From Candidatus Tepidiaquacellales bacterium UBA2330 (GTDB taxonomy: Bacteria; Bacteroidota; Ignavibacteria; Tepidaquicellales; Tepidaquicellaceae), in contig DDUU01000010.1 of NCBI GenBank assembly GCA_002344965.1, positions 3,773 through 67,772 of the forward strand: DNA of 64,000 nucleotides. The letters run 5' to 3'. A program made the position numbers and the translations under genes. Under the pieces are notes generated by a model, which ran no database searches, was not told the DNA's origin, and saw only the letters and a list, made by a program, of their open reading frames with translations. Positions within the stretch are counted from its first letter, which is position 1, and every line of letters starts with the position of its first letter. Positions 1-9,409 of the stretch are shown here, piece by piece.

Positions 1-2
1 TT

Positions 3-134
3 GATAATGATGTTTCGTTTTTTCTTCAGGGATATGTGCTGACAGATCTGGACGGAGATTTCTTCGTTGATTCTTCAGATATGGCGATAGCTGAAAACAA
101 TGCTAACAATTTTGTTTCCAGGATGAGACCTTAA
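3..134 (+). CDS. C-terminal fragment of an unidentified CDS entering from upstream of the window (partial)
   Basis: Frame 3 is open from the window edge to TAA at 132-134 and is followed by a hairpin/T-run at 210-237. The 43 aa visible carry no recognisable motif. Confidence 0.3.
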   Translation, partial: DNDVSFFLQGYVLTDLDGDFFVDSSDMAIAENNANNFVSRMRP

Positions 135-209
135 TCCTAAAGCTTCTTTACATTTTCAAAGATTGTCTCATGATAAACAGCTGATAAATAACTTCACATC
201 AGCGGGATA

Positions 210-237
210 AGCAGGATAAAATATATCCTGCTTTTTT
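210..237 (+). terminator. Rho-independent terminator-like hairpin
   Basis: AGCAGGATA (210-218) pairs with TATCCTGCT (224-232): 9-bp stem, 5-nt loop, then T6. It overlaps the stop codon of the convergent peptidase gene. Confidence 0.6.
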
Positions 238-2197
238 ATTTGCTTTCACCGAGCAGATATTTTCTGACAAACATCACAGTTACATACCTCTGAAAATCCG
301 CATTGCTTTTTTTAGCAAAACCGTGACCTTCGTCTTTAGCTTCAAGATACCAGACTGTTCCGCCGATAGATTTTATTGTTTTCATCATCTGTTCCGCTTC
401 AGTCCTCGGCACTCTCGGATCATTCCCTCCCTGAACGATTAGTATTGGTTTAGTAATCTTATCCGCATTATTCAAAGGTGAAATTTTTTCGAGAAACTCA
501 TACATCTCAGGATCGCGTTCATCACCGTATTCCACTCTTCTGAGATCCGTTCTGTAGCTCTCTGTATTTTTCAGAAAAGTATTGAAATTGGAAATGCCTA
601 CTATATCCACTGCGCATCGGATTCTTTCGGCATAATCTACAGAAACAGCAAGAGCCATATATCCGCCGTAGCTTCCGCCCATCACCATTACCCGTTCCGC
701 GTCCAGATCAGGCTGCAATGCGATCCAGTCAAGGAGCGCGCCGATATCCTTAACGGAATTTTTTCTGTTATAACCGTTATCAAGTTTAAGGAATTTTTTA
801 CCAAATCCTGAAGACCCTCTTACGTTTGGAAAAATTACGGCAATGCCGAGTTCATTGACATAATAATTCATCGAACCTATAAATCCCGGTCTTGACTGAC
901 TTTCAGGACCGCCGTGAACATCAATTATAACCGGACGTTTGCCTTCAAATTTAACCGGAGGCTTATAATAAAACCCGCTGATCTCAAGTCCGTCAAAGCT
1001 TTTCCACTTTATCAGTTCAGGAATACTCAACTCATCCGGAATAAGACCGCCCATATCGCTTTCCGTCCAGACCGTTACTTCGTCTGAGTTTAAATTGTAA
1101 ACATAAATATCGCGTGTAGATCTTGAAGAACTTACTGAGACTGCAAGGTCTTCGGAGTTATTATGAAAAGACAGACTGCTGTATAGTCCGACCGGTAATT
1201 TATCAATTTTTTTTGAAACACCTGAAGCTGTATTAAGAATATACAAAACAGACTGCCCGCTCTCGTTTACTGTATAAGCGAGATGCTTTCCGTCAGGAGA
1301 AAGTCTCATTCCCTCAGTATCTCCGGTTGTATTCTCAGAAAGGAATCTGATTGAATTGTCAGTAAGATTCATATATGCAAGAGTTTTAAATTCATGATCC
1401 TTATCAGTGATAAAAAAAAGTCCTTTTCCGTCAGCGCTGAATACTGCATTACCGTAATAAACTTCTTCGCCGCTATTTGAAATGAGCGGAGTAAGATTTC
1501 CGTTTGTCAGATCTGCAATATGATAATGTGAAACTGTGCTGGAAAAAAATTCCATCAGTAAGAGATTCTTTCCGTCAGCAGAGCAGTCAATGATTCCCCA
1601 TCCGCCTCCTTTTAATTCCATGAAAACGGAATCTGATTCAGGAAATTTTGGATTCATAATATATATGTCTCTGTCTGAGCCGTTTCTTCTTGTAGAAGTA
1701 TAAGCTATTTTATCCGAACCTTTTATCCACTCAATGCTTCCGTTTTGTTCGCGTCCGCCTTTAGTCAGCAAAGTTACTTTACCATCGGCAACATCAAACC
1801 TGTAAATCTGTCTGAACTCATCGCCGCCGGTATCTTTATAAAAAAGAAAATATTCGCCTCTTATCGGTTCATAAATTGCGCTTCTTACCGGTTCATCAAA
1901 AAATGTAATCTGTTGTGTTTCCTCAAGCGGATAATTTAGGTAGCTAAGCTGACTTGTATTTCCAAATCTTGTTGATATGATCATTTCCTTTCTTTCAGGA
2001 TGCCAGTCGCAGAATATTGCGCTTTTAGACTGTGTATATTTTTCAAGTTCAGCCGCAAGTGAAGAAGGTATGTCAGGTATTCCGTCAGTGATAAGATTTT
2101 CACCGGGGACTATAAATTCAGAGCTTTGAGAAATGCTCAGACTGAACGGGATAAAAATAAAACTTAACGCAGTCAGAAATTTTTTCATTCTAGTCAT
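236..2197 (-). CDS. Secreted S9-family serine peptidase (prolyl oligopeptidase/acylaminoacyl-peptidase type) with N-terminal TolB-like beta-propeller
   Basis: 653-aa ORF with signal peptide (MKKFLTALSFIFIPFSLSISQ). Repeated propeller-like segments precede a C-terminal alpha/beta-hydrolase with a GGSYGG nucleophile elbow and a late EGHGF histidine motif. Confidence 0.85.
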   Translation of the reverse strand: MTRMKKFLTALSFIFIPFSLSISQSSEFIVPGENLITDGIPDIPSSLAAELEKYTQSKSAIFCDWHPERKEMIISTRFGNTSQLSYLNYPLEETQQITFFDEPVRSAIYEPIRGEYFLFYKDTGGDEFRQIYRFDVADGKVTLLTKGGREQNGSIEWIKGSDKIAYTSTRRNGSDRDIYIMNPKFPESDSVFMELKGGGWGIIDCSADGKNLLLMEFFSSTVSHYHIADLTNGNLTPLISNSGEEVYYGNAVFSADGKGLFFITDKDHEFKTLAYMNLTDNSIRFLSENTTGDTEGMRLSPDGKHLAYTVNESGQSVLYILNTASGVSKKIDKLPVGLYSSLSFHNNSEDLAVSVSSSRSTRDIYVYNLNSDEVTVWTESDMGGLIPDELSIPELIKWKSFDGLEISGFYYKPPVKFEGKRPVIIDVHGGPESQSRPGFIGSMNYYVNELGIAVIFPNVRGSSGFGKKFLKLDNGYNRKNSVKDIGALLDWIALQPDLDAERVMVMGGSYGGYMALAVSVDYAERIRCAVDIVGISNFNTFLKNTESYRTDLRRVEYGDERDPEMYEFLEKISPLNNADKITKPILIVQGGNDPRVPRTEAEQMMKTIKSIGGTVWYLEAKDEGHGFAKKSNADFQRYVTVMFVRKYLLGESK

Positions 2198-2461
2198 AGA
2201 GATTAAATGGTCAAAAATTAATTTACTTCAATTTTTTAATTTAAAATATACTAAATATTTTTTTAAAATTTTATTTTTTAAATTTCCCGAAGGAATATAT
2301 TACAGTGAACAAATATGTTATGCCTGACTGATAATATTTTAAAGAAAAATCAGAACTCCTTAAAGCCCTGCTGCAAACTTGACATTTAAAATCAAAACAC
2401 TTAATTTGCATAAGTGCTTATATAAAGATAAACATAACTATAAATTAAAACAACGAATTTA

Positions 2462-3460
2462 ATGAATACGATAAAACAGCTTGGTAATATTGCTATTGGT
2501 ACACGACTGAGAATGCTGACCGATAAATTTATCAGCGATGCGGATAAAATTTATAAGACGCTGGATGTGGATTTTGAGCCGAGACTGTTTACGGTGTTTT
2601 ATCTCATTAACCAAAAAAAGTCAATCACGATAACTGAGCTTGCAGAACAGCTCGGATACACTCAGCCTGCCGTTACGCAGATCGCAAACACTTTAATTTC
2701 AAAAAAGCTCATTAGCGCTGTAAAAGAGAAAAAGGACAGCAGAAAAAAGATTCTGACTATTACTAAAAAAGGTGATGAGCTTTTGCTTGAGCTAATACCC
2801 GTATGGCAGGATATTGAAAATTCCGTAAAAGAATTAATTCATGAAACCGGATATGATGTGCTGTTTGTGCTGAGTAAACTAGAATCTGTACTCGAAAAAA
2901 AAGACATCTTCACAAGAGTAATGGAAAAAACCAAAAAGAGACAGATTGCTGAAGTCAGAATATTTGAATACAGCAATAACAGTCCCGGGGATGCCAGATT
3001 TAAGAAAGAACTTGATAAAAATTTCAGAGATATAAATTATGAATGGATCAAAAAATATTTCAAGGTTGAGAAAGAAGACAGAAAACAGCTTGAGAATCCC
3101 GGAAAGGAAATAATTGAAAACGGCGGAGTTATTTTTTTTGCGGAATATAAGGATATGATTGCGGGAACCGCAGCTCTTTTAAAAAAAGAAAATAATTCCT
3201 ATGAACTCGCAAAAATGGCGGTGAGGGATGAAGTTCAGGGTAAACAAATAGGAAAAAAATTAGGCATCGCCGTAATTGAAAAAGCAAAGCGGCTTAAGTG
3301 CAATAATCTCTATCTTGAAACAAATGCCACCCTAACACCGGCAATTAACTTATACAAAAGTATTGGCTTTGAGGAAGCGGAAATGAAAGATCCTTCAAAA
3401 TATGAAAGAGCTACATTCAGAATGAATTATAATTTCAATAAAAAATTATCTGAAATTTAA
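2462..3460 (+). CDS. MarR-type winged-helix regulator fused to a GNAT N-acetyltransferase domain
   Basis: The N-terminal half has a MarR-like HTH (ITITELAEQLGYTQPAVTQIANTLISKKLI). The C-terminal half has the GNAT acetyl-CoA motif (VRDEVQGKQIGKKLG) and a LYLETN...AINLYKSIGF tail. Confidence 0.75.
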   Translation: MNTIKQLGNIAIGTRLRMLTDKFISDADKIYKTLDVDFEPRLFTVFYLINQKKSITITELAEQLGYTQPAVTQIANTLISKKLISAVKEKKDSRKKILTITKKGDELLLELIPVWQDIENSVKELIHETGYDVLFVLSKLESVLEKKDIFTRVMEKTKKRQIAEVRIFEYSNNSPGDARFKKELDKNFRDINYEWIKKYFKVEKEDRKQLENPGKEIIENGGVIFFAEYKDMIAGTAALLKKENNSYELAKMAVRDEVQGKQIGKKLGIAVIEKAKRLKCNNLYLETNATLTPAINLYKSIGFEEAEMKDPSKYERATFRMNYNFNKKLSEI

Positions 3461-3593
3461 ATTTTAATAATGGATACAACTATTGAAAAAAAATACAGGC
3501 TTCTTATTATTTTAATGAAATCAGCATTTATCGGTCTGATGGCTTATTCGCTTTTTAAAAGTAACGTTTAAAAGTTTTGATTTAATAATTGAA

Positions 3594-4229
3594 CTATGTT
3601 TTATAAATGCTCAGGGACTCCCTTAAATCTGCCGGAATTGTTTCATTATTTAAAATAAGTTCAAGTTTTTCACGGTCTTCACCTTTTGATCTTTTACAGT
3701 TCACTATGTCAGCTATTGTTAAATCAAATTGAGATCTATGATCAAGAATAATTTCATCACCGGCGTTAAGATAACCTTCTTCTACGACTCTGAAGTAAGT
3801 TCCGAAAAATCCGAGATCATAAAATCTGTTAAGAATGTAATCCTCACCGAATCTTATATTCAGTTTAAAACAGGGAAATCTCGGCTGAACAGCTTTGAGT
3901 TTTACAGAACCCACAATATAAATGTCACCGATAAAAACTAAGTCGTCTGTCATGCCGAGCGTGGTAAGGTTTTCACCAAACAAACCGTACAGCGGATTAT
4001 CTTCTTTAAAATACTTTTTCCAGTTATTGTAATAAGAGTAGTCGTATGAATAAACCGCTTTATCCAATCCTCCGTGATGTATCAGATCAGATTGTCTGTC
4101 ATCGCCGGCATTAGTGAAAGTTACTCTGCATTTTCCGGGATAAGGTTTTTTAAAAATACTTGTAGCAACTTCTTTCCCGTTCCATAAAAAATTTTGCGGA
4201 CCGCCGGTATTTACTGATATCAGTTTCAT
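3594..4229 (-). CDS. MOSC domain-containing protein (YiiM-like)
   Basis: 211 aa. The pattern MKLISVNTGGP...HHGGLDKAVY...GENLT...QPRFPCFKL is typical of MOSC/YiiM proteins, including the conserved Cys in RFPC. Confidence 0.75.
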   Translation of the reverse strand: MKLISVNTGGPQNFLWNGKEVATSIFKKPYPGKCRVTFTNAGDDRQSDLIHHGGLDKAVYSYDYSYYNNWKKYFKEDNPLYGLFGENLTTLGMTDDLVFIGDIYIVGSVKLKAVQPRFPCFKLNIRFGEDYILNRFYDLGFFGTYFRVVEEGYLNAGDEIILDHRSQFDLTIADIVNCKRSKGEDREKLELILNNETIPADLRESLSIYKT

Positions 4230-4309
4230 TTAAAATTTTAAGTTTAAATTTAAATATAATCTTGAATTTACTTACTAATAATTTTAATTTGTAAAAACGT
4301 AAGATAAAA

Positions 4310-4735
4310 ATGAATTCAAAAGATACAGTTAATTCATCAAAAGCTCCGGAGCCTGTCGGACTCTATCCTCATGCAAGACGTTTCGGGAATCTGCTTTTCC
4401 TTTCAGGAGTGGGACCGAGAGAAAGAGGTACAAAGGAAATTCCGGGCGTAGAGCTGGATAGTGAAGGAAACATTATTTCTTACGACATAGAAACTCAGTG
4501 CCGTTCAGTCTTTAAAAATGTAAAATACATACTTGAAGACGCCGGCTCAGACTGGAGCAAACTCCTTGACGTAACTGTCTTTCTGACAAATATGAAAAAA
4601 GATTTTCAAACCTATAACAGAATTTACGCTGAATATTTTAAAGATAATCAGCCCTGCAGAACGACAGTTGAAATTCTTTCGCTTCCGACTCCGATTGCTA
4701 TAGAGCTTAAATGTATTGCTTATACCGGTGAATGA
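4310..4735 (+). CDS. RidA/YjgF/L-PSP family reactive-intermediate deaminase
   Basis: 141 aa with the family pattern APEPVGLYPHARRFGNLLFLSGVGP...VTVFL...Y...PCRTTVEI..LP....ELKCIA. Confidence 0.8.
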   Translation: MNSKDTVNSSKAPEPVGLYPHARRFGNLLFLSGVGPRERGTKEIPGVELDSEGNIISYDIETQCRSVFKNVKYILEDAGSDWSKLLDVTVFLTNMKKDFQTYNRIYAEYFKDNQPCRTTVEILSLPTPIAIELKCIAYTGE

Positions 4736-4805
4736 AATCTCACCTGTATTTGTAATTTAAATTTTAAAATTTGTAACCGGGAATATTTATTAAAGATTAT
4801 AAAAA

Positions 4806-5132
4806 ATGGGAATTATAGTTATCGCCTGCTTCAAACCTAAAGAAGGAAAAGATAATGAACTGCTTGAAGTAATTAAAGATCACATGCCTGTATTAAAAAA
4901 GGAAGGACTAATTACAGAAAGAGATTCCGTAGTTATGAGATCAACTAACGGGTGTATACTGGAAGTGTTTGAATGGAAATCAAAAGAAGCAATTGATCAT
5001 GCACATGAAAACCCGAATGTACTTGAGCTTTGGAAAAGATTCGAAAGTACATGCAGTTACGAAACACTTTCCTCTATTGAAGAATCCGGGTCAATGTTTC
5101 CTGGATTTCAGCCGGTGGATTTTAAAAATTAA
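4806..5132 (+). CDS. Small ABM-like (dimeric alpha/beta-barrel) domain protein
   Basis: 108-aa ORF. The beta-alpha-beta pattern (IIVIACFKPKEGKDNELLEVIK...ILEVFEWKSKEAIDHAH) resembles antibiotic-biosynthesis-monooxygenase-like proteins. The assignment is by eye only. Confidence 0.45.
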   Translation: MGIIVIACFKPKEGKDNELLEVIKDHMPVLKKEGLITERDSVVMRSTNGCILEVFEWKSKEAIDHAHENPNVLELWKRFESTCSYETLSSIEESGSMFPGFQPVDFKN

Positions 5133-5154
5133 AATATAAAGTAATAATATTGAA

Positions 5155-6351
5155 TTGAGACAATCTGCAAAAATATTTTTTATAATCTTATTTTCCCTCT
5201 CAATAAACTATACTTCGCTGTATTCCTGCACTACATTCTGTTTGAAAACTGAAAATGAAAATATATTCGGAAAAAATTATGACTGGGAAATAGATTACGG
5301 AATTGTATTTGTAAATAAAAGAAATGTTTATAAAACGGCTTTTGCAAAAACAGGAAAACCCGCGGAATGGACATCCAAATACGGCAGCGTAACTTTTAAT
5401 CAGTTCGGCAGAGAGTTTCCCACGGGAGGAATGAATGAATCCGGTTTAGTCGTCGGACTTATGTGGCTTGAAGGAACTGAATATCCTGAAAGCGATGACA
5501 GATCGACTGTCGGCGGAATACTTCAGTGGATTCAGTATCAGCTTGATAATTGCGAAACTATAGCAGAAGTATTTGAAACTGATGACTTTATCAGAATACC
5601 TGAAGGCGCTGTTCCCGTTCATTATCTTATAAGCGACAGATTCGGAAATACAGCAACAGTGGAATTTCTCAACGGTAAAATGATAACGCATTACGGTGAA
5701 AAACTTCCGCATCCTGTTCTTACAAATGATTCTTATTCCCGCTCATCAGAATATATAAATCAACTGAAAGATTTCGGCGGTGAAAAAGAGTTGATAAATG
5801 ATAAGAGTTCGTTAAACAGATTTGCAAAGACTTGCTCAATGCTGAAAGATTTTACAAAAGGTTATTATGAAAATGCGGTGCAGTACGGATTTAAAATTCT
5901 GGATGAAGTAAGTCAGGGAGAACATACAAAATGGAGTATTATATATGACATAAAAAATATGGAAATATATTACAGGACTTTATCGAACAGAGATATTAAA
6001 AATATTGATTTAAAATCTCTGAATTTCGACTGTAATTTTCCTGTGATGATGACTGACGTTAATGAAGGCAGCGAAGGAAAAATAAATGATCATCTTATAG
6101 AATACAGTTATGAAAAAAACAGGGAGCTTATAGAAAGATCTTACAGTTCAATTGACTTTTTAAAGAATATCCCGAATGATACAAAGGATTTAACGGCGGC
6201 ATTTCCTGACAGATACCATTGCGTATTCAAATCCCAAACTGAATTATCCGATGAAGTGGAAATACATGAATTCAATTATTCAATATTATTTTTACTGATT
6301 CCTTTTCTTTTAATTTTATTTATCATTGCCAGAAGCGTAATAAAAATATAA
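5155..6351 (+). CDS. Choloylglycine hydrolase/linear amide C-N hydrolase family (Ntn hydrolase) with C-terminal membrane anchor
   Basis: The signal peptide ends directly at the nucleophile Cys (SLYS|CTTFCLK...GKNYDWE). The C-terminal hydrophobic helix is ILFLLIPFLLILFIIA. The start codon is TTG. Confidence 0.75.
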   Translation: MRQSAKIFFIILFSLSINYTSLYSCTTFCLKTENENIFGKNYDWEIDYGIVFVNKRNVYKTAFAKTGKPAEWTSKYGSVTFNQFGREFPTGGMNESGLVVGLMWLEGTEYPESDDRSTVGGILQWIQYQLDNCETIAEVFETDDFIRIPEGAVPVHYLISDRFGNTATVEFLNGKMITHYGEKLPHPVLTNDSYSRSSEYINQLKDFGGEKELINDKSSLNRFAKTCSMLKDFTKGYYENAVQYGFKILDEVSQGEHTKWSIIYDIKNMEIYYRTLSNRDIKNIDLKSLNFDCNFPVMMTDVNEGSEGKINDHLIEYSYEKNRELIERSYSSIDFLKNIPNDTKDLTAAFPDRYHCVFKSQTELSDEVEIHEFNYSILFLLIPFLLILFIIARSVIKI

Positions 6352-6383
6352 TTAACAATATTTAATAATTTAAAAAAAACAAT

Positions 6384-6911
6384 ATGCTCGAAACTATACA
6401 AAAGAGATGGTGGGTTTTTCTCTTAAGAGGAATACTTCTGCTGATATTCGGTATTCTGGCTGTCAGCACACCTGGAATGGTTTTAGCTACAATACTTTTT
6501 TATTTCGGATTCATTGCAATAATCAGCGGAATAATTGTAATAATTGAAGATGTAAGATCTAAGTCCAAAGAAGGCGCCGGAAAACTTGAAGGATTGTTTT
6601 ATATTTTTATCGGTCTGCTTTTCTTGATAAAGCCGGGATTTGTAGTTTCTGTTACGCTGTATTTCATTGCAATATGGGCGGTGATAGCAGGGCTGTTTAT
6701 GATCATTTCAGCAATAAAAATGCGCAAGGTGATTCAGAATGAATTTCTTGCAATACTTAACGGGATTATAACTGTTGTTTTTGGAATACTGATATTTGCC
6801 AATGTGCTTGCCGGAGCTGAAGCTCTTGTAATAGTATTTGGATTTTACGCTATACTATCAGGAGTATTAATGATAATTCTTTCTTTCAAAGTAAAAGGAT
6901 TAAAAAATTAA
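6384..6911 (+). CDS. HdeD/DUF308 family membrane protein
   Basis: 175 aa with six hydrophobic helices and an N-terminal RWWVFLLRGILLLIFGILAV signature. Confidence 0.7.
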   Translation: MLETIQKRWWVFLLRGILLLIFGILAVSTPGMVLATILFYFGFIAIISGIIVIIEDVRSKSKEGAGKLEGLFYIFIGLLFLIKPGFVVSVTLYFIAIWAVIAGLFMIISAIKMRKVIQNEFLAILNGIITVVFGILIFANVLAGAEALVIVFGFYAILSGVLMIILSFKVKGLKN

Positions 6912-6935
6912 TTTCCGTTTGTTAAATTATTTTAT

Positions 6936-6975
6936 ACTCCGTGAATAATTTTTTTACGGAGTTTTTTTTTATTTT
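6936..6975 (+). terminator. Rho-independent terminator-like hairpin after the hdeD-like gene
   Basis: ACTCCGT (6936-6942) pairs with ACGGAGT (6956-6962), followed by a long T-run. Confidence 0.6.
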
Positions 6976-7013
6976 TTGTTACGAATTTTATATTCAATCT
7001 TATTGATATCATA

Positions 7014-7043
7014 TTGACAATAACAACTATAATGTTATATTTG
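7014..7043 (+). promoter_or_regulatory. Candidate promoter for the ATP-grasp/GNAT/aminomutase cluster
   Basis: TTGACA (7014-7019), a 16-nt spacer, then TATATTTG (7036-7043). This fits both a sigma70-like -35/-10 and the Bacteroidota-type TAnnTTTG -7 element. It lies about 30 nt upstream of the TTG start at 7075. Confidence 0.45.
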
Positions 7044-7074
7044 CAAAAATTATTTTTAATCAAATTAATATTTT

Positions 7075-8184
7075 TTGAGAATAGCATTAGCGTTCAACGT
7101 TAAAAAAGAAAACGAAAGTATACTTTCGGATTCAGATGAATCCTTAAAAATCTTATCCCCCAAAACTGACTTCAGAAAATATCTCAGTGAAAATCTGATC
7201 AACAATTATCCTGAAAGACTTGACGATACATACGCCGAATGGGATTCGGAAGAAACGATTACGGCTGTGAAATCGGCTCTGGAAGCGGACGGACACGATG
7301 TCACGCTTGTGGAAGGCGACAGCGATGCTTATGAAAAATTTAAATCGATACGACCGGAATTTGTTTTTAATGTTGCTGAAGGTCTGAACGGAGTGTCAAG
7401 AGAATCACAGATTCCTTCCATGCTTGAAATGCTGAATATTCCTTTTACCGGAAGCGATTCCGTTACGAACGGAATATGTCATGACAAATCGCGATGCAAA
7501 GAAATTTTATCCTATTACAATATTCTTAATTCAAAATTTTTTATTACCGATGCTATTCACAAAACCGAAAAGGATTTAACTTTTCCGAAATTTATTAAAC
7601 CGCTTCATGAAGGTTCATCAAAAGGAATATTCAATTCATCGGTTGTAAGAAACTGCGCAGAGTTAAGAAATGAAATATTAAGAATAAAGGATTGTTATGA
7701 CCAGCCATCACTTGTGGAAGATTTTCTCGAAGGAAAAGAATTTACGGTTGCTATGCTCGGAAACGGAAATGATGTTAAAGTTCTGCCGATTGTAGAAATT
7801 AATCTTGACTCCGTTCCTGAAGGGTTCAATAAAATTTATTCCTATGAAGTGAAATGGTTTTTTGATACAAGGGAAAGCAAACTGGATATATTCAGATGCC
7901 CCGCGGATATAGATGAAAAATTATACAGCAGAATCGAATCGGTCTGCAAAGCGGCGTATAAAGTATTAAGACTAAGAGACTGGGCTCGGATAGACGTCCG
8001 GCTTGACGGTGACGGTAATCCGAATATAGTAGAGATCAATCCTCTTCCGGGCATATTGCCGGACCCCGCGGATAATTCATGTTATCCTAAAGCAGCAAGA
8101 GAAGCCGGAATGGATTATAATACAATGATCAATGCAGTACTCGGAGCTGCGGTTAAAAGAATTAGAAACGGATTTAATTTATAA
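7075..8184 (+). CDS. D-alanine--D-alanine ligase-like ATP-grasp amidoligase (paralogue 1)
   Basis: 369 aa. It shows a Ddl-family layout (IPFTGSDS...DKSRCKEIL..., FIKPLHEGSSKGI, LVEDFLEGKEFTVAML, RIDVRLD..GNPNIVEINPLPG). TTG start. Confidence 0.75.
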   Translation: MRIALAFNVKKENESILSDSDESLKILSPKTDFRKYLSENLINNYPERLDDTYAEWDSEETITAVKSALEADGHDVTLVEGDSDAYEKFKSIRPEFVFNVAEGLNGVSRESQIPSMLEMLNIPFTGSDSVTNGICHDKSRCKEILSYYNILNSKFFITDAIHKTEKDLTFPKFIKPLHEGSSKGIFNSSVVRNCAELRNEILRIKDCYDQPSLVEDFLEGKEFTVAMLGNGNDVKVLPIVEINLDSVPEGFNKIYSYEVKWFFDTRESKLDIFRCPADIDEKLYSRIESVCKAAYKVLRLRDWARIDVRLDGDGNPNIVEINPLPGILPDPADNSCYPKAAREAGMDYNTMINAVLGAAVKRIRNGFNL

Positions 8185-8190
8185 TCAGAA

Positions 8191-9276
8191 ATGAAAATTA
8201 ATATAATTTATAACGATCCGACGCAGTATTCTACCGGCAGGATTTATGATGACGGTGTTACGGATATTGATAAGATAGAAGAGCCGATAGACATGAGCGA
8301 ATACGGAGTTCTCGATGAACTAAAGTCTGTTCAGCGGGCGCTCATACCTACAGGTCATCAGACCAAGATCACTGCGGTTGCGCTTGATGTTTATAAATTA
8401 ATAGATGAACTCAGAGATGACAGACCTGATATGATTTTTAATCTTTGCGAATCTCTTGACGGTGATCCTACTCAGGAAATGAATATTGCTGCATTGTTTG
8501 AGATTCTTAAAATACCATATACAGGATCGCGGGCACTTACACTGGGTCTTGCTCTGAATAAATGGCGGGTAAAGGAAATTCTTAATTATTATGAAATTCC
8601 TACTGCGCCTCATTATGTCTGCTCAAATTCCGGTGAGTTCAGAAATAACGGATATTCGAAACTGAAGGATAAATTTCCGCTGATAGTAAAACCTTCAAGA
8701 GAAGACGCAAGCATTGGAATAGAAAATAAGTCAGTAGTATATAATGACAGTGAGCTGAAGGAAAGAATAGAATTTATACTTGATGAACATAAACAGCCGG
8801 CGCTCGTGGAGCAGTATATAGACGGAAGGGAAATTAACGTAAGTGTAGTAGGTAATGTAAAAAAAGATGAAAGCGATCTGATAGTCTTTCCGGTATCGGA
8901 AATTGATTTCAGCAATATGCCTGATGATTATCAGAAGATAGTTAGTTATAACAGCAAATGGATGTATAAGACAGTAGAGTTTGCGGGAACTAAAGCGGTG
9001 TGTCCTGCAAAGAATATTTCCCCGGAGCTTGAAGAAAGAATAAAAGAGACTGCAAAGAAAGTTTACAGAATAATCGGAGCGTCTGATTATGCAAGAGTGG
9101 ATTTTAGGGTAAAGGATAATGTGCCGTATGTGCTTGAGATGAATCCTAACCCGGATATAGCTTCTGATGCGGATGAAGATACGGGATTTACAAGGAGCGG
9201 AAAGGCGTACGGGTGGAGTTATGAGGAGCTGATACAGAGGATAATCGGGTTTGCGTGTGAGAGGTGGGGGGTATGA
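8191..9276 (+). CDS. D-alanine--D-alanine ligase-like ATP-grasp amidoligase (paralogue 2)
   Basis: 361 aa with the same motif order as the upstream paralogue (IPYTGSRAL..NKWRVKEIL, IVKPSREDASIGI, LVEQYIDGREINVSVVG, RVDFRVKDNVPYVLEMNPNPD). It starts 7 nt after the preceding stop. Confidence 0.75.
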   Translation: MKINIIYNDPTQYSTGRIYDDGVTDIDKIEEPIDMSEYGVLDELKSVQRALIPTGHQTKITAVALDVYKLIDELRDDRPDMIFNLCESLDGDPTQEMNIAALFEILKIPYTGSRALTLGLALNKWRVKEILNYYEIPTAPHYVCSNSGEFRNNGYSKLKDKFPLIVKPSREDASIGIENKSVVYNDSELKERIEFILDEHKQPALVEQYIDGREINVSVVGNVKKDESDLIVFPVSEIDFSNMPDDYQKIVSYNSKWMYKTVEFAGTKAVCPAKNISPELEERIKETAKKVYRIIGASDYARVDFRVKDNVPYVLEMNPNPDIASDADEDTGFTRSGKAYGWSYEELIQRIIGFACERWGV

Positions 9277-9295
9277 CGGAATTGTATTCCGTCAT
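9270..9295. repeat. Palindromic 26-nt element, copy 1 (GGTATGACGGAATTGTATTCCGTCAT)
   Basis: A 10-bp perfect inverted repeat, ATGACGGAAT/ATTCCGTCAT, with a 3-nt loop. It overlaps the stop codon of the second ATP-grasp gene. A near-identical copy lies at 55310-55335. Confidence 0.7.
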
Positions 9296-9409
9296 GCGGT
9301 TTAAAGTAATGCCGCAGCTTAATTTTGCTGTGTATGAAGTTAGCATAAACCGCCACTTGCAGTTACATCGAATACAGAATTTGAATTTAAAAGTATTTAA
9401 TATTTAATT

